In this document: in pieces, positions 9,830-19,478 of the stretch
Layout: every line of letters starts with the position of its first letter
How positions within the stretch are numbered: position 1 is the stretch's first letter
Virus record (IMG/VR): IMGVR_UViG_2929327430_000008
Location: 3,805-67,804 of that record
Origin: a virus
Direction: 5' to 3' (one strand)
DNA length: 64,000 bases
Notes under the pieces: model-generated
The model's input: the letters and a program-made list of their open reading frames with translations, nothing else
What the model was told of the DNA's origin: nothing
The model's database searches: none
Program-made: the position numbers and the translations under genes

Positions 9830-11938
9830 TCAAACCGGAAGCAGGCCGAGATCGATGGCCGCTGTGACGGGACCCGAGACGTCGCCGAAATCATCAGCCT
9901 CGGAGACCAGCAGGCTGGCGAAGCCGAAATCCATGGGAACGCCAACAGAGAGCGTCGCCGTGACCGGGCCGATAACGCCAAGCCCTTGGATTTTATGACT
10001 GTAGGCGACGCACGTCGAAAGGTCCTGCAGACCGCCGCCGAAGATATTGAAGCTTTGGAACTTCAGATACAGCGTTCGTCCGATCTGGGACGGAGAGACA
10101 TCGTATTGAAGGATCGCGGAATCGAGTTGGCAGAAGGCGCTCCCGGCCGCATGCGGCGACGAAGAGCCGCCGAAGCCGCGCTGCAATCCCGTCAGCCTGA
10201 AGTTATCAGCGGCGGTCAGGGTCGCGTTGGCGTAGGCGAGATATTCGCCATCGACGTAGCACAGGGTGACGCCCGCCGCCGCAGCCGTCGCCGACACGGA
10301 TGCGAGCGCGCCGCCGCTTTGCGTCATGTCCACGTCGAGAGGATTCACCGCGTCCGGATTGCCTCCGGAATAGGCCGGCAAGGATGACAGCAGCACGCCC
10401 TGTTTGGCGGGCGCCGACAAACGCGCGATCTGGGAATAGGACGCGCCATCGAGCGACGCCCAGACGATGCAGCCGCCCCAGTTCGGGTCGCCGTTCTGGC
10501 CGCTGGCGCCGACCCAAATCTGCGCGACATTGCCGGTGATGCTGGGCGGCGGTTCGATGATCAGGGGCGGGTTGACCGGTTGCGCCGCGACATTGGCGTC
10601 CGGCGCGCCATTGCTTTTCGGCTGCGTCGGATATTGCGTCGCCGTCGCGACGCCCTGCGGAAATTCTTCCGCGGTGATCGTCAGGGCGCCCTCGGAATCT
10701 TCTTCAATATCGGTGATGCGAACCACCGTCTTGTTGAGGCCAAGCGCGGGGTCAGTGAGCGTCACCAGATCCATCGGATCGAGCAGACAAAACTCCATGG
10801 AGAGCTTGAAAGTGTAGGTGTTGCGAACGTAGAGGCCGCGCTGCAGGATCAATTGCGCGGCGGTTTGCGCCGCGAGCGGATCGCAGATTTCATGCGCCGC
10901 GATGGTCGAGCCGGTGCGACGGCCGAAACGATTGATGGCGCCCTGGTCGAAGACGACGATGGGACCGGTGTTGTAAGAGTCCGACCGCGACTGGATCTCG
11001 ATCGCCTGCTGATTGTACGCCGCATAGGGATCGGAGCGCGTGATCTTGATCGGATCCTCGCCCGGCGTGTCGAGGAAATCCTCGTCGGTCAGATCGTAGA
11101 CGGGAACGAGATTCGGCGTCCAGGTCTTCTGCGCATCCGCCGAACCACCGGTGACGACGCCGTCGCCATAGGGAATGATTTTCAGCAGACCGCCGGACCA
11201 GACCGCCGTGGAATTGGTGATCTGCAGCCAGCGCGTCAGAATGGATGACGCGCTCTCCTGCATGTTGAGCACGGGACTGATCGCGAGGCCGCTGGTCCAG
11301 CAATAAGTTTGATAGGAACTGTCGCCGGAATTGGCGTAGAGCGCGATCGCGTCGATCGAAGCAGCGGGAAAGCCGACGCCATATTGCGGGTTGGTCAGAA
11401 AATCGGAGATGACCAGAGCAGGGTCGGCGTCGACGCCGTTGACGCCGGTGCCATAGAGAACGCCCCGGACCTCGAAATTGCTGTCGCCCACGCTGGCGGA
11501 GGAGCCGAGATTGTAATTGGGGCTGGCGACATAGGCGACGCCCGGATAGGCCAGCGCCTGGCTCGGGAATGCCGATGCGAGATAGGACCAGACGTCTTGC
11601 GAAACGGCGCCGGAGAACAGGCTGAGTCCGAGGTCGATAAGCGTCGTCGTGGCGTTTGACGTTTGCCACACCTTGCCAATGCCGGCGATCGGGCCCTCGC
11701 AAACGCCCATCATGATGGCACACGAATAGTTGTAGCCGGTCGCCCCGCCGCCCTTGCCGCCCTTGCCGGAAGCGTGTTGCTGAATGGCCTTGAAATTCTC
11801 GTACCAGAAGCAGTTCGGCGCGAGCACGTTGCAGCCGTAGACGATCGGGACCGGCACGCAGCTTGAGGTGGTCTGAACCTGCAGACCGGAATATTTGGTG
11901 ATCTGGGTGTTGACGTTCCCAGCGCCGAGAAAACCCAT
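9830..11938 (-). CDS. Phage tail tip/host-specificity protein
   Basis: VPVPIVYG, GVCEGPI, AYPGVAY, LDPMDLVTL motifs; follows NlpC/P60 as in GTA and lambdoid tip modules. Confidence 0.85.
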   Translation of the reverse strand: MGFLGAGNVNTQITKYSGLQVQTTSSCVPVPIVYGCNVLAPNCFWYENFKAIQQHASGKGGKGGGATGYNYSCAIMMGVCEGPIAGIGKVWQTSNATTTLIDLGLSLFSGAVSQDVWSYLASAFPSQALAYPGVAYVASPNYNLGSSASVGDSNFEVRGVLYGTGVNGVDADPALVISDFLTNPQYGVGFPAASIDAIALYANSGDSSYQTYCWTSGLAISPVLNMQESASSILTRWLQITNSTAVWSGGLLKIIPYGDGVVTGGSADAQKTWTPNLVPVYDLTDEDFLDTPGEDPIKITRSDPYAAYNQQAIEIQSRSDSYNTGPIVVFDQGAINRFGRRTGSTIAAHEICDPLAAQTAAQLILQRGLYVRNTYTFKLSMEFCLLDPMDLVTLTDPALGLNKTVVRITDIEEDSEGALTITAEEFPQGVATATQYPTQPKSNGAPDANVAAQPVNPPLIIEPPPSITGNVAQIWVGASGQNGDPNWGGCIVWASLDGASYSQIARLSAPAKQGVLLSSLPAYSGGNPDAVNPLDVDMTQSGGALASVSATAAAAGVTLCYVDGEYLAYANATLTAADNFRLTGLQRGFGGSSSPHAAGSAFCQLDSAILQYDVSPSQIGRTLYLKFQSFNIFGGGLQDLSTCVAYSHKIQGLGVIGPVTATLSVGVPMDFGFASLLVSEADDFGDVSGPVTAAIDLGLLPV

Positions 11939-11947
11939 GTCGCGCCC

Positions 11948-12400
11948 TCAGTTCGTTGTGGGCCAGATCGAAAAATAGACGAGCTTGCGCCTGGGGTCGG
12001 TGAGCGCAGGATTTTGCGTCAATCGCTCCTCGATCACGCATCCCGCGTCATGAAAGGCGTGAATGATCGCCATCGGATCGGTTTGCGTGACGACGCCTCC
12101 ATGGGAGTAGCTGCGTCCATAGCGGAAAAGAGCGATGTCGCCGGGACCGGGACGTTGGACCCGCGCGCAGCGCTCGCTGAAGAAACTCAGATATTTTTCA
12201 TCGTCGCGATGAATCATCCAGTCTGGATCATAGGGACGCGGGTCGAACGGCGGCGTGAGGCCGAGATCGACGAAGACGCGCACGATCAACATGCCGCAAT
12301 CCACGCCGACGCCGCGCAGGTCGGCGCCATGGCGATAGGGCGTAAGCATCCATTTGCGCGCTTCGGCGACGACCGCCTGGCGTTGCTCGCTTTCCGTCAT
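11948..12400 (-). CDS. NlpC/P60 tail peptidase
   Basis: EARKWMLTPYRH...GVDCGML...SHGG...IIHA, with catalytic Cys and His. Confidence 0.92.
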   Translation of the reverse strand: MTESEQRQAVVAEARKWMLTPYRHGADLRGVGVDCGMLIVRVFVDLGLTPPFDPRPYDPDWMIHRDDEKYLSFFSERCARVQRPGPGDIALFRYGRSYSHGGVVTQTDPMAIIHAFHDAGCVIEERLTQNPALTDPRRKLVYFSIWPTTN

Positions 12401-12410
12401 GTGCTGGCTC

Positions 12411-13319
12411 CTACTTGCCGCCCTTGCCGCCGCGGGTAGTGACGGACGAGAGCGGACCGGTCATGATTTGCGGCGGGGGGACGAAGGGGAAACCACGGAA
12501 CCGGCTGAGATTATTGAAACGCGCCTGGCAGGTGGCCATGGTGCGGTCGCAGCCATAGGTGGCGACGAAACTGTCGCCGGCGGCCGGCGGATAGGGCAAG
12601 GGATAGGACAGGACCAGCAGTCCGTCGCGCGCCGTCTTGATCGTCATGTTCGCGCCGGTGTTGGCGCCGGAGGTGAAAGCGATCGTTCCCTGCTGATGCG
12701 CCGCCGTCGCGGCGCTCCAGACGATGGCGTTCGCGGTGGAGCCGGACTCAACGGCGCCGACGCTCGAATAGGTTCCCGACGCCAGCCCGCATTGTGCGTC
12801 AAACAGCACATGCTGACAGTCCGCTTGATAGACGTTGCGCGGCATGTCGACGTCGAGCAGAACCAGGTCCGATGCGACGGTGAGTTGCGCGCTGGAACGC
12901 CCGATCCAGTCGATCTGCGCGACGCGTCCTTTGAACAGGATCACCGAACCGATCGCCGTGTTCCAGTCGCTGAAGAAGACTTTTTCACGCTGGATCTCGG
13001 CGCCGTCGAGCAGACCCTGCTGCATCGCCTGGAGAAAGGGAACGCCGCCGATCGTGTCGGTGGCGCGGGCGAACAGCGTGACCTGCTGGCTGTCGACATT
13101 GACGCCGCAGCTCGCGCGGTATTTCAGCCCGGAGATCAGCACCGAATTGGCGAGATAGGTGAAGCCGTTGAGCGAGACGGGCGCGTCAAGATCGGTGTAG
13201 GTGAGGATCGTTCCGGTCGCGAGCCAGAGCGTGAAACATTCGGCGGTGAGCAGCGGCGCGTCCGAAGTCGGACGCAGGGCGTTCAGGGTGGAGATGAGCG
13301 CGGCGGGGGCGGATTTCAT
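12411..13319 (-). CDS. Baseplate hub protein (DUF2163/BR0599 family)
   Basis: YTDLD, YQADCQHVLFDAQC, GCDRTMATCQARFNNLSRFRGFPFVP. Confidence 0.92.
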   Translation of the reverse strand: MKSAPAALISTLNALRPTSDAPLLTAECFTLWLATGTILTYTDLDAPVSLNGFTYLANSVLISGLKYRASCGVNVDSQQVTLFARATDTIGGVPFLQAMQQGLLDGAEIQREKVFFSDWNTAIGSVILFKGRVAQIDWIGRSSAQLTVASDLVLLDVDMPRNVYQADCQHVLFDAQCGLASGTYSSVGAVESGSTANAIVWSAATAAHQQGTIAFTSGANTGANMTIKTARDGLLVLSYPLPYPPAAGDSFVATYGCDRTMATCQARFNNLSRFRGFPFVPPPQIMTGPLSSVTTRGGKGGK

Positions 13320-13922
13320 TCAGCGCACCTGACGGAATTTGAGCCCGCCGATCTTCCAGAGACCGGACAGGAAATTTTCGAACTCGGCCACATCGTCGAG
13401 GAAGCGGCATTGGTAAGCGTAGGTGAAGGTGGCGGAGATCGCGGCGCCGCCGGGCGGCGCCATGGCGAAGGTTATCGTGTTGGGCGCCGTCAACGTGTAG
13501 GCCGTCGTCGCAACGCCGCTGACGGAAACATTGGATATGGCGGTGACGTAACTCACAGGCTCGTAATAGCCGCCGATGGCGCGGCCCAGCGTGAAGGTGG
13601 TGGTGGCGCCGTCGCCGGTCGCGATGGTCTGCGCGGTCACGGCGTTGTCGGTCGGATCGACGTAGAGAAACGTGTTGAGCTGCCCGCCGCACGACATCCA
13701 GAACCCCATCAGGGTTTGCAACGATTGGGACTGGAGCGCCGCGTTGGCGCCGGAGGAATCCAGCGCGTCGAACGAGAGTTCGAATTGGTAGAGCGCGTGG
13801 GCGTAGAGCGGGACGCGCACTTCGCGTCCCGAGGCGTGGGTGGAGACCCGCGTCGAGAAAGTCGGCGTTTTCTTGACGCCCCAACCCTGGCCGGGCAGCG
13901 TCGGAAATATGGGAAGTGTCAC
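13320..13922 (-). CDS. Distal tail protein (DUF2460 family)
   Basis: GTG at 13922 overlaps the upstream TGA. FPTLPGQGW..KTPTFST...SGRE..., GDGATTTFTL, CRFLDD. Confidence 0.88.
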   Translation of the reverse strand: MTLPIFPTLPGQGWGVKKTPTFSTRVSTHASGREVRVPLYAHALYQFELSFDALDSSGANAALQSQSLQTLMGFWMSCGGQLNTFLYVDPTDNAVTAQTIATGDGATTTFTLGRAIGGYYEPVSYVTAISNVSVSGVATTAYTLTAPNTITFAMAPPGGAAISATFTYAYQCRFLDDVAEFENFLSGLWKIGGLKFRQVR

Positions 13923-16396
13923 GTGCGCACCGTTTCCAGTCTGACGCGTCTGAGCGTCCAAAAGTCCGTCATGAACTGTTCGAGATCGAGGCTGTCGTCG
14001 GCGAAGCGAACGAGATCGGCGGCTGTGAAATCCGCCGTCACCATCACGCCGGGCGCCGGCGCCGTGGTGAAAGTCACGGCCGCCGGCAGCATCGACAAAG
14101 TGTAGCCGGCCGGCGCCGTCACCCCGTCGAAGCGGATGGTCGGCACGCCGAAAAACGCCGCGGCCGTTTCGCTGAAACCGCCGATCCGCCGCGTCAGAGG
14201 GAAGCGTCGCGTCGTCCCGTCGCCTTGGCCGAGGATCGCGCCCCGGACGTCGCCCAGATGGTCGCGCGGCGCGAACAGGAACGGCTGCGCCTGTCCGGCA
14301 TGGGCGGAGATGAAGGCGATGACCTGCTGGAGTTCGGCAAGGGCGGCGGCGCCGCGCAGGACATCGAAACTGATCTCGATATCGCGCGAAGGATTCAGGC
14401 GCCGCGCCGCGCGCAGCTCGCGTCCCGACACGCGCGTCTGCACGCTTGTGAGGAAACGCGGCTGATATTTCACGCTCCAGCCCTGACCCGCCAGCGTTGG
14501 AAACACAGCGAGATCGCCCGAAACCGGCGGCGGGTCCGGCGCGGCTGGCGCAACCGTGGGCCCCTTGCCGCCGATCCAGTTTCCATTCGCCCAGGCGCCG
14601 CCGTCGCCCCAGACATCGGAGGCGAGCGGGAACACTGGAAACGGGCGGGCGTCCCAGTTCCAGGCGCAGCAGAACGGCGTGTAAATCATGGGAACGCCCG
14701 AGGCCGACGTCGCATTGTTGGCGAGCCAGTAATCGTGGACCGCCTGCAGGGCGAGATCGGCCAGCGTGTCGTCGCGCTGCGGCGTCCAGCCCGCGCCGCG
14801 CGATCCTGTCCACAGCGACCAGAACGGCGTGGCGCTCTCGCTGGATTTGGGATCGTAGAACACGTTGGGCTGGTTGGTGCAGCGATCCACCGTGGCGAAG
14901 CCATATTCGACGAAGGCGATCGGCTTGGAGCGCGGCGCCCAGGCGGTGGCGGGGCCGCGGGGAATCCAGCCGGCGCCGTCGCCCGTGTCGTAGATCGCGC
15001 GATGGGCGTTGTTCCACCACCAGCGCAGGCCTTTGCGCATCAGCAATTGCTGGTTGGCGGCGAAGGGGCGGCGCGTCTGTGTGGCGCGATCGCCGAGCGG
15101 CAAGGTGCAGCGCTGGTCGGTTCCCAGCGGGTCGAGGCCGACGCCGCCACTATAACTGTTGGCGTAATACCAGTGGAACCCCTCGCCGCCTTCGATATTG
15201 GCCTTGAGATAATCCGCATTGTGCAGCGAGGGCTCGCCGGAAAGGCCGAGGCCATTCATCGTTTCGGGCGTGGGCGGCCAGCTTTGCGGGCGCGGCGCGT
15301 TCCAATTATGGCAGTCGAGACCGCCGTCTCCGAGCGTCCAGTCGGATAGCGGGAGGTAATTGTCGAACGCGACCAAGTCGATGTTCGGCGAGGCGAACAG
15401 CTGATCAAGATGCGGCCATTGCCCCTGGGCGTCCGGGTGCTGCCAGCCGTTCCAGGTCGACCAGTCCGGCGAATAGGCGATCAGGTTTTTGTAACGGGTC
15501 AGATCGCGCGTGAAGCCCGCCGCGTCAAAAGTGGCGCGCACGTCGGCCGCGAGTTGCGTGAGGCCGGCGACGAAGGGATAGTCCCATTGCGCGCATCCGT
15601 TGGCGTCGGTCGTTCCGGCGCGCGTCCAGTTCGGTCCGCGCAGAATTTCGAGGCCGCGCAATTCCGAGCCGATCAGAAAGAGATCGACGCCGCCGGCGAC
15701 CGCGCAAAGGTTGGCGTAGTGCAGGATGAATCGACGATAGGTGAAGTCGGTGGGCGCGCCGGAATAGGCGACGGTGAGATTGTCGGCGTCCGGCGTGAAC
15801 TGCGACGGGCGCGCGGCGCCGAGGAACGTGGCGACGGCCTGCGTCGTGGCGGCGCTGAGGTCGGCGCTCAAACCGATCCGGCCGCGCCAGGGCTTGCCGG
15901 GGGCGTCCATCAGGATGAACGGATAGAAGATCACCCGCAGGCCTCTCGCGCGCAGGTCGCGGATGCAGCGCACAATGCTCTGGTCGGACGGCGTGCCGCC
16001 ATAGGCGGCCGAACCGTTGCTGGTGGAGATCGGGATCAGGCCGGATGATTTTTGTGTGAGACCGGAGACCTGCCAATCGGCGCCGCTCCACGCGCCATCG
16101 GTGTAAGTTTTGAAGCCGCCGCCGATGAAATTGGTGGCCGGATAGATTTTGCACGCCGCGGCGTCGGTGGAATCGCCGAACCAGGCGCAGACCAGGGCGA
16201 CCGTCCGGCACTCCGGATGCGCCGCCTGAAGCTGGTCGAGCGCAAAGGAATAGTCGGCCTTCGCGCCGCCGGGCGCCAGATAAGCATTGATGGGCGCGAC
16301 GGTTGAGTCCGTCGACTTTCCGCCTTGGGCCGGCAGCGGATCGTAAGTGAACTCGCCGGTCGCAGGCAGCAGGCAAACGCCGAACAATTGGGCCAT
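13919..16396 (-). CDS. GTA-type TIM-barrel (megatron-like) baseplate domain fused to a C-terminal DUF2460-like domain
   Basis: ATG at 16396 (MAQLFGVCLLPATGEF). GGTPSDQS, YPFILMD, PWRGRI, FILHYA, IGSELRGL, KPIAFVEYG, WNWDARPFP; C-terminal FPTLAGQGW...SGRE...VRFADD. Confidence 0.88.
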   Translation of the reverse strand: MAQLFGVCLLPATGEFTYDPLPAQGGKSTDSTVAPINAYLAPGGAKADYSFALDQLQAAHPECRTVALVCAWFGDSTDAAACKIYPATNFIGGGFKTYTDGAWSGADWQVSGLTQKSSGLIPISTSNGSAAYGGTPSDQSIVRCIRDLRARGLRVIFYPFILMDAPGKPWRGRIGLSADLSAATTQAVATFLGAARPSQFTPDADNLTVAYSGAPTDFTYRRFILHYANLCAVAGGVDLFLIGSELRGLEILRGPNWTRAGTTDANGCAQWDYPFVAGLTQLAADVRATFDAAGFTRDLTRYKNLIAYSPDWSTWNGWQHPDAQGQWPHLDQLFASPNIDLVAFDNYLPLSDWTLGDGGLDCHNWNAPRPQSWPPTPETMNGLGLSGEPSLHNADYLKANIEGGEGFHWYYANSYSGGVGLDPLGTDQRCTLPLGDRATQTRRPFAANQQLLMRKGLRWWWNNAHRAIYDTGDGAGWIPRGPATAWAPRSKPIAFVEYGFATVDRCTNQPNVFYDPKSSESATPFWSLWTGSRGAGWTPQRDDTLADLALQAVHDYWLANNATSASGVPMIYTPFCCAWNWDARPFPVFPLASDVWGDGGAWANGNWIGGKGPTVAPAAPDPPPVSGDLAVFPTLAGQGWSVKYQPRFLTSVQTRVSGRELRAARRLNPSRDIEISFDVLRGAAALAELQQVIAFISAHAGQAQPFLFAPRDHLGDVRGAILGQGDGTTRRFPLTRRIGGFSETAAAFFGVPTIRFDGVTAPAGYTLSMLPAAVTFTTAPAPGVMVTADFTAADLVRFADDSLDLEQFMTDFWTLRRVRLETVRT

Positions 16397-16400
16397 GGTC

Positions 16401-17570
16401 TCACCGCGCCAGGCGACGCAGGCCGAGGTGGTCGCCATTGCTGACCGCCTGGCTCATCGCCTTCATAATTTGCCGCGAATTGGCGCCGAGCCAGCTTTTC
16501 ACCGAGGCGGCGTCCATGGCGGAGACGTTGAGATGGACATGGGTGTCGCCCGCGCTCTGCGCTTGCGATCCGCCATTGGCCTGTGAATTGAGCATGGAGC
16601 GGAAGGCCCCGGCTTCGGCGGCGGGCATGATCAGTTCGTTCTGATGCACCATCGCGAGTTGGTCCTGCGGAATCGACCAGGCGCCAATGTCAAAGGCGGC
16701 GACCGACAGCACCGCCCCCTGCGCGGCCGCCGCCGGCGCCGCGGCGGCGGGGCCCATGACCGGCGCGAGGAAGCCGAACACGCCGGCGAAAGTTTCCGAG
16801 GCCGAGGCCGTGATGTTGCGCAAGATGGACGCGAAAACGGTCGCCTCGCCGGCGGCGGCTTCGCCAGCCGAAATGCCGGTGCGGGCGGCGGCGCCCGCCG
16901 AGGCGGCGGCGGTCTTCTGGCCTTCGCCGGCCAGCGACAGCGCCGCCATCGCCAACTGTTTCTTGGCCCAGTCGGCCACGACCTCCACGCCCATCCGGAC
17001 GAATTGCGAGACCACCGCCTGCGTCAGCGAACGCATGGCCTGCTGGAGGTTCTTCGTGCCCATGATCATGCCGGTGAGCGACGACGAGAACGACGCGGAC
17101 ATGGCGTCGACCATGTGGTTCATCGGCGCGACCATTTGCTCGACCGACTGCAGCATGAGGCGCTGGCTGTCCGCGGCGTATTTCTGGTCCAGCAGCGTCA
17201 TCCGTCCCAGCACCGCCTGGCGCTGGGACGGACGCAGGCCTTCGATCTGCGCCTCCTTCTGCAGCAGGGCGGATTCGGCCGCATATTCGGCGTCGAGCGC
17301 CGCCTTGGCGGCGACGACGCGCTCCTCCCCCGTCATGAGTTTCAGCCGGGTCAACTGGCCGTAGAGCGATTGCTTTTGCGCAAACGCCATTTGCTCGGCG
17401 GCGATCTCGCCGTTGATCGCGACGAGATTTGTGCGCGCGACATCCTGCTGGGAGGCGCCGCAGGCGCGCGCGGCCTCGTCGATTTTCGACAGCGCCGCCG
17501 AAACGCGCGCGACGCCGTCGAGGAAGCCGGTCGTGTCGGCGCCGAAGGAAATCGATACGTTGTCCGCCAT
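16401..17570 (-). CDS. Short tape measure protein
   Basis: Ala-rich helical 389 aa with C-terminal FDIGAW..PQDQLAMVHQNELIMPA; lies between chaperones and baseplate. Confidence 0.82.
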   Translation of the reverse strand: MADNVSISFGADTTGFLDGVARVSAALSKIDEAARACGASQQDVARTNLVAINGEIAAEQMAFAQKQSLYGQLTRLKLMTGEERVVAAKAALDAEYAAESALLQKEAQIEGLRPSQRQAVLGRMTLLDQKYAADSQRLMLQSVEQMVAPMNHMVDAMSASFSSSLTGMIMGTKNLQQAMRSLTQAVVSQFVRMGVEVVADWAKKQLAMAALSLAGEGQKTAAASAGAAARTGISAGEAAAGEATVFASILRNITASASETFAGVFGFLAPVMGPAAAAPAAAAQGAVLSVAAFDIGAWSIPQDQLAMVHQNELIMPAAEAGAFRSMLNSQANGGSQAQSAGDTHVHLNVSAMDAASVKSWLGANSRQIMKAMSQAVSNGDHLGLRRLAR

Positions 17571-17585
17571 GCTGTTTCCATCTTT

Positions 17586-17852
17586 TTAAAAACGTCCGGA
17601 GGGAAACAGGGCGCGCAGGGCGCTCATCGAATCCGGCTCCTGTTGTTTCCGCGGGCGCCACACGCCCTGGCCCGCCGCCATGGCCGCCAGGAGCGCCGCC
17701 GGCGGCGGGTTGTCGCGCCAATAGGCGTGGCGGGCGAGGATGCGCTGAAACGTCAGTTCGTTTTCCAGCGCATCCGTCCAGGCTTCACCGGACATCTGGC
17801 AATAATGGGCGACGATCCGGTCAAAGTCCGGCGCGCCCTCGCCTACTCCCCC
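17586..17852 (-). CDS. Tail assembly chaperone frameshift extension (GT-like)
   Basis: The -1 frame relative to the chaperone reads GVGEGAPDFDRIVAHYCQMSGEAW...WRDNPP...LFPSGRF, starting at the G GGG GAG site. Confidence 0.7.
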   Translation of the reverse strand, partial: GGVGEGAPDFDRIVAHYCQMSGEAWTDALENELTFQRILARHAYWRDNPPPAALLAAMAAGQGVWRPRKQQEPDSMSALRALFPSGRF

Positions 17853-18223
17853 GGCGAAACCGCCTCGCTCGGCGCGAACAGGCCGGTCTGCCCGGCTATG
17901 ATCGCGAGGGCGCCCGCCAGATCGGAAAATCCCGCTTCGAGATCGAGGAGATCGTCGCGCGTGAAATCCGGATAGGCGCGGGTGAGGCCGGCGTGGACCA
18001 CGTCGATCATCAGGTCGAGATCGTCGGGTTCGAGCAGGGCGGCGCCGAGCGGGTCGCCGGCGCCGATGCGGCTCTGGATGGCGTTGAGGCGCGGCAGCAG
18101 CTTGAGCAGGCCGGGGACGACGGTCCGCGCCTGGCGCAGCGACAGCGCGGGGACGAAGAATTCGCGGCCGCCCAGCGCCGCCACCGGCGCCTTGGCGCAA
18201 TCCACTTTCGGGTCCATTCGCAT
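17843..18223 (-). CDS. Tail assembly chaperone (G-like)
   Basis: ATG at 18223 (MRMDPK); ends PGE* on CCG GGG GAG TAG; sits between tail tube and tape measure. Confidence 0.78.
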   Translation of the reverse strand: MRMDPKVDCAKAPVAALGGREFFVPALSLRQARTVVPGLLKLLPRLNAIQSRIGAGDPLGAALLEPDDLDLMIDVVHAGLTRAYPDFTRDDLLDLEAGFSDLAGALAIIAGQTGLFAPSEAVSPGE

Positions 18224-18224
18224 G

Positions 18225-18983
18225 TCAGATCGCCGTGTTGATTTCGCCAATATTGTTCGCCGCATTGGCGAAGGCTTCGAAGTCCAGTTCGGGGATATTG
18301 AAATCCTGGATCTTCGAGGACACCGTGAGTTTGTTCGAGACGCAATTGTAGAGGCGCAGCGACCATTGCGCGCCGGCGGCATTGGGGTTGGTCTGGTAGA
18401 AGTCGATCTGGAAGGTCGGCGCGACGCCCATCAGCTTGTTGCTCAGCACGGCGCGGGAGCCGCCGCCCGCGGCGGTCTGGGTGTAGCAATAGGAGACGAG
18501 AATGGCCTTGCCGGCGTCGCCGGAATTGAAGGTGTAGACGCCGGCCGACAGCGTGTATTGGCCGACGGATGGCGCGGAAGCGACACGCGTCAGCGCAAGG
18601 CCGCTCGCCGCATAGACCACGCCGAGATCGGCGTCGAAGGCGGAGGCGTTGACGACCGCGTAGGCGTAAGGCGAGGAGGAGGCCACCGAGCCGGCTTCGT
18701 TATAGGCCCACAGCTTTTGTCCGCTCGCCAGCGACTGGCCGAAGAAACACGAGTTGTAGAGCGGTCCGTCGATATTGGCGAATTTGGCCTTGCCGGTGAT
18801 CTTGCCCTCGCCGCGCGCCAGCGCGATCGGGAACTGGTACTGGCCGAAAAGCTGTTTCGACGAGAAGCTGAAGTCGAGCGAGATGTCCTGCAGCGCGCCG
18901 AACTGAACGGGCGTCGCATTGGCGCCGGACGGCGTGGCGATGAGAACCCCTGAACCGAAAGCGACGGAAGTTGTGTTCGGCAT
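18225..18983 (-). CDS. Major tail tube protein
   Basis: FGSGVL...PVQFGALQDISLDFS..KQLFGQYQFP...KITGKAK...DFNIPELDFEAFA. Confidence 0.85.
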   Translation of the reverse strand: MPNTTSVAFGSGVLIATPSGANATPVQFGALQDISLDFSFSSKQLFGQYQFPIALARGEGKITGKAKFANIDGPLYNSCFFGQSLASGQKLWAYNEAGSVASSSPYAYAVVNASAFDADLGVVYAASGLALTRVASAPSVGQYTLSAGVYTFNSGDAGKAILVSYCYTQTAAGGGSRAVLSNKLMGVAPTFQIDFYQTNPNAAGAQWSLRLYNCVSNKLTVSSKIQDFNIPELDFEAFANAANNIGEINTAI

Positions 18984-19019
18984 GGATCATGTCTCCTGGT
19001 GAATGGGCGGTGGATGCGC

Positions 19020-19478
19020 TCAGGGCGCGAGGATTTTCACGGGCACGAGCGCGAGGCCCTGGCCGTCGAGATCGCCGGGGTCCTTCACGATGCGGCCCTC
19101 GATGCGGCAGTGATAAACGAGGCCGCCGAGGGTCTGGCGGTCGGCGCCGGCCGGCGGCGCCAGCGCGGCGTTGAGCGCGTCGAGCGCGATGTTGAGATCG
19201 CGCGCGGGAACCGCGTCCGGGTCGCGGCCGGCGGCAATGTAGATGAAGAGATCGACGTTGAGCGTGGTCTTGCCGGGCAGGCTCTCCGAGGCGAAGGCGA
19301 CGTTTTCCGCATGTTCGGCGACAAACAGCGCGGGCTGGTCGGCGCTCGCGACGTCGCTCCACAATCTGAGGCGCCGCGACAGCGTCGCCCATGTGTCGCA
19401 ATCGTTGATCGGCGCGGCGAACCGGGCCTGCGCCAGTTGGGCGCAGAGCGCCTCCATGATGGCTTCTCGGGCGTTCAT
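19020..19478 (-). CDS. Tail terminator/neck protein
   Basis: AREAIMEAL...SRRLRLWSDV..QPALF...QTLGGLV; position before the tail tube. Confidence 0.72.
   Translation of the reverse strand: MNAREAIMEALCAQLAQARFAAPINDCDTWATLSRRLRLWSDVASADQPALFVAEHAENVAFASESLPGKTTLNVDLFIYIAAGRDPDAVPARDLNIALDALNAALAPPAGADRQTLGGLVYHCRIEGRIVKDPGDLDGQGLALVPVKILAP

Noticed and set aside
13320-15020. 566-aa ORF as one gene
   Set aside because: Only the last 200 aa are DUF2460-like; the rest is an alternate frame of the TIM-barrel gene.
8735-17975. Long plus-strand ORFs opposite the tail genes (for example 8735-10387, 12354-14105, 16644-17975)
   Set aside because: Antisense shadows typical of high-GC coding DNA; Arg/Gly-rich with no recognisable motifs.
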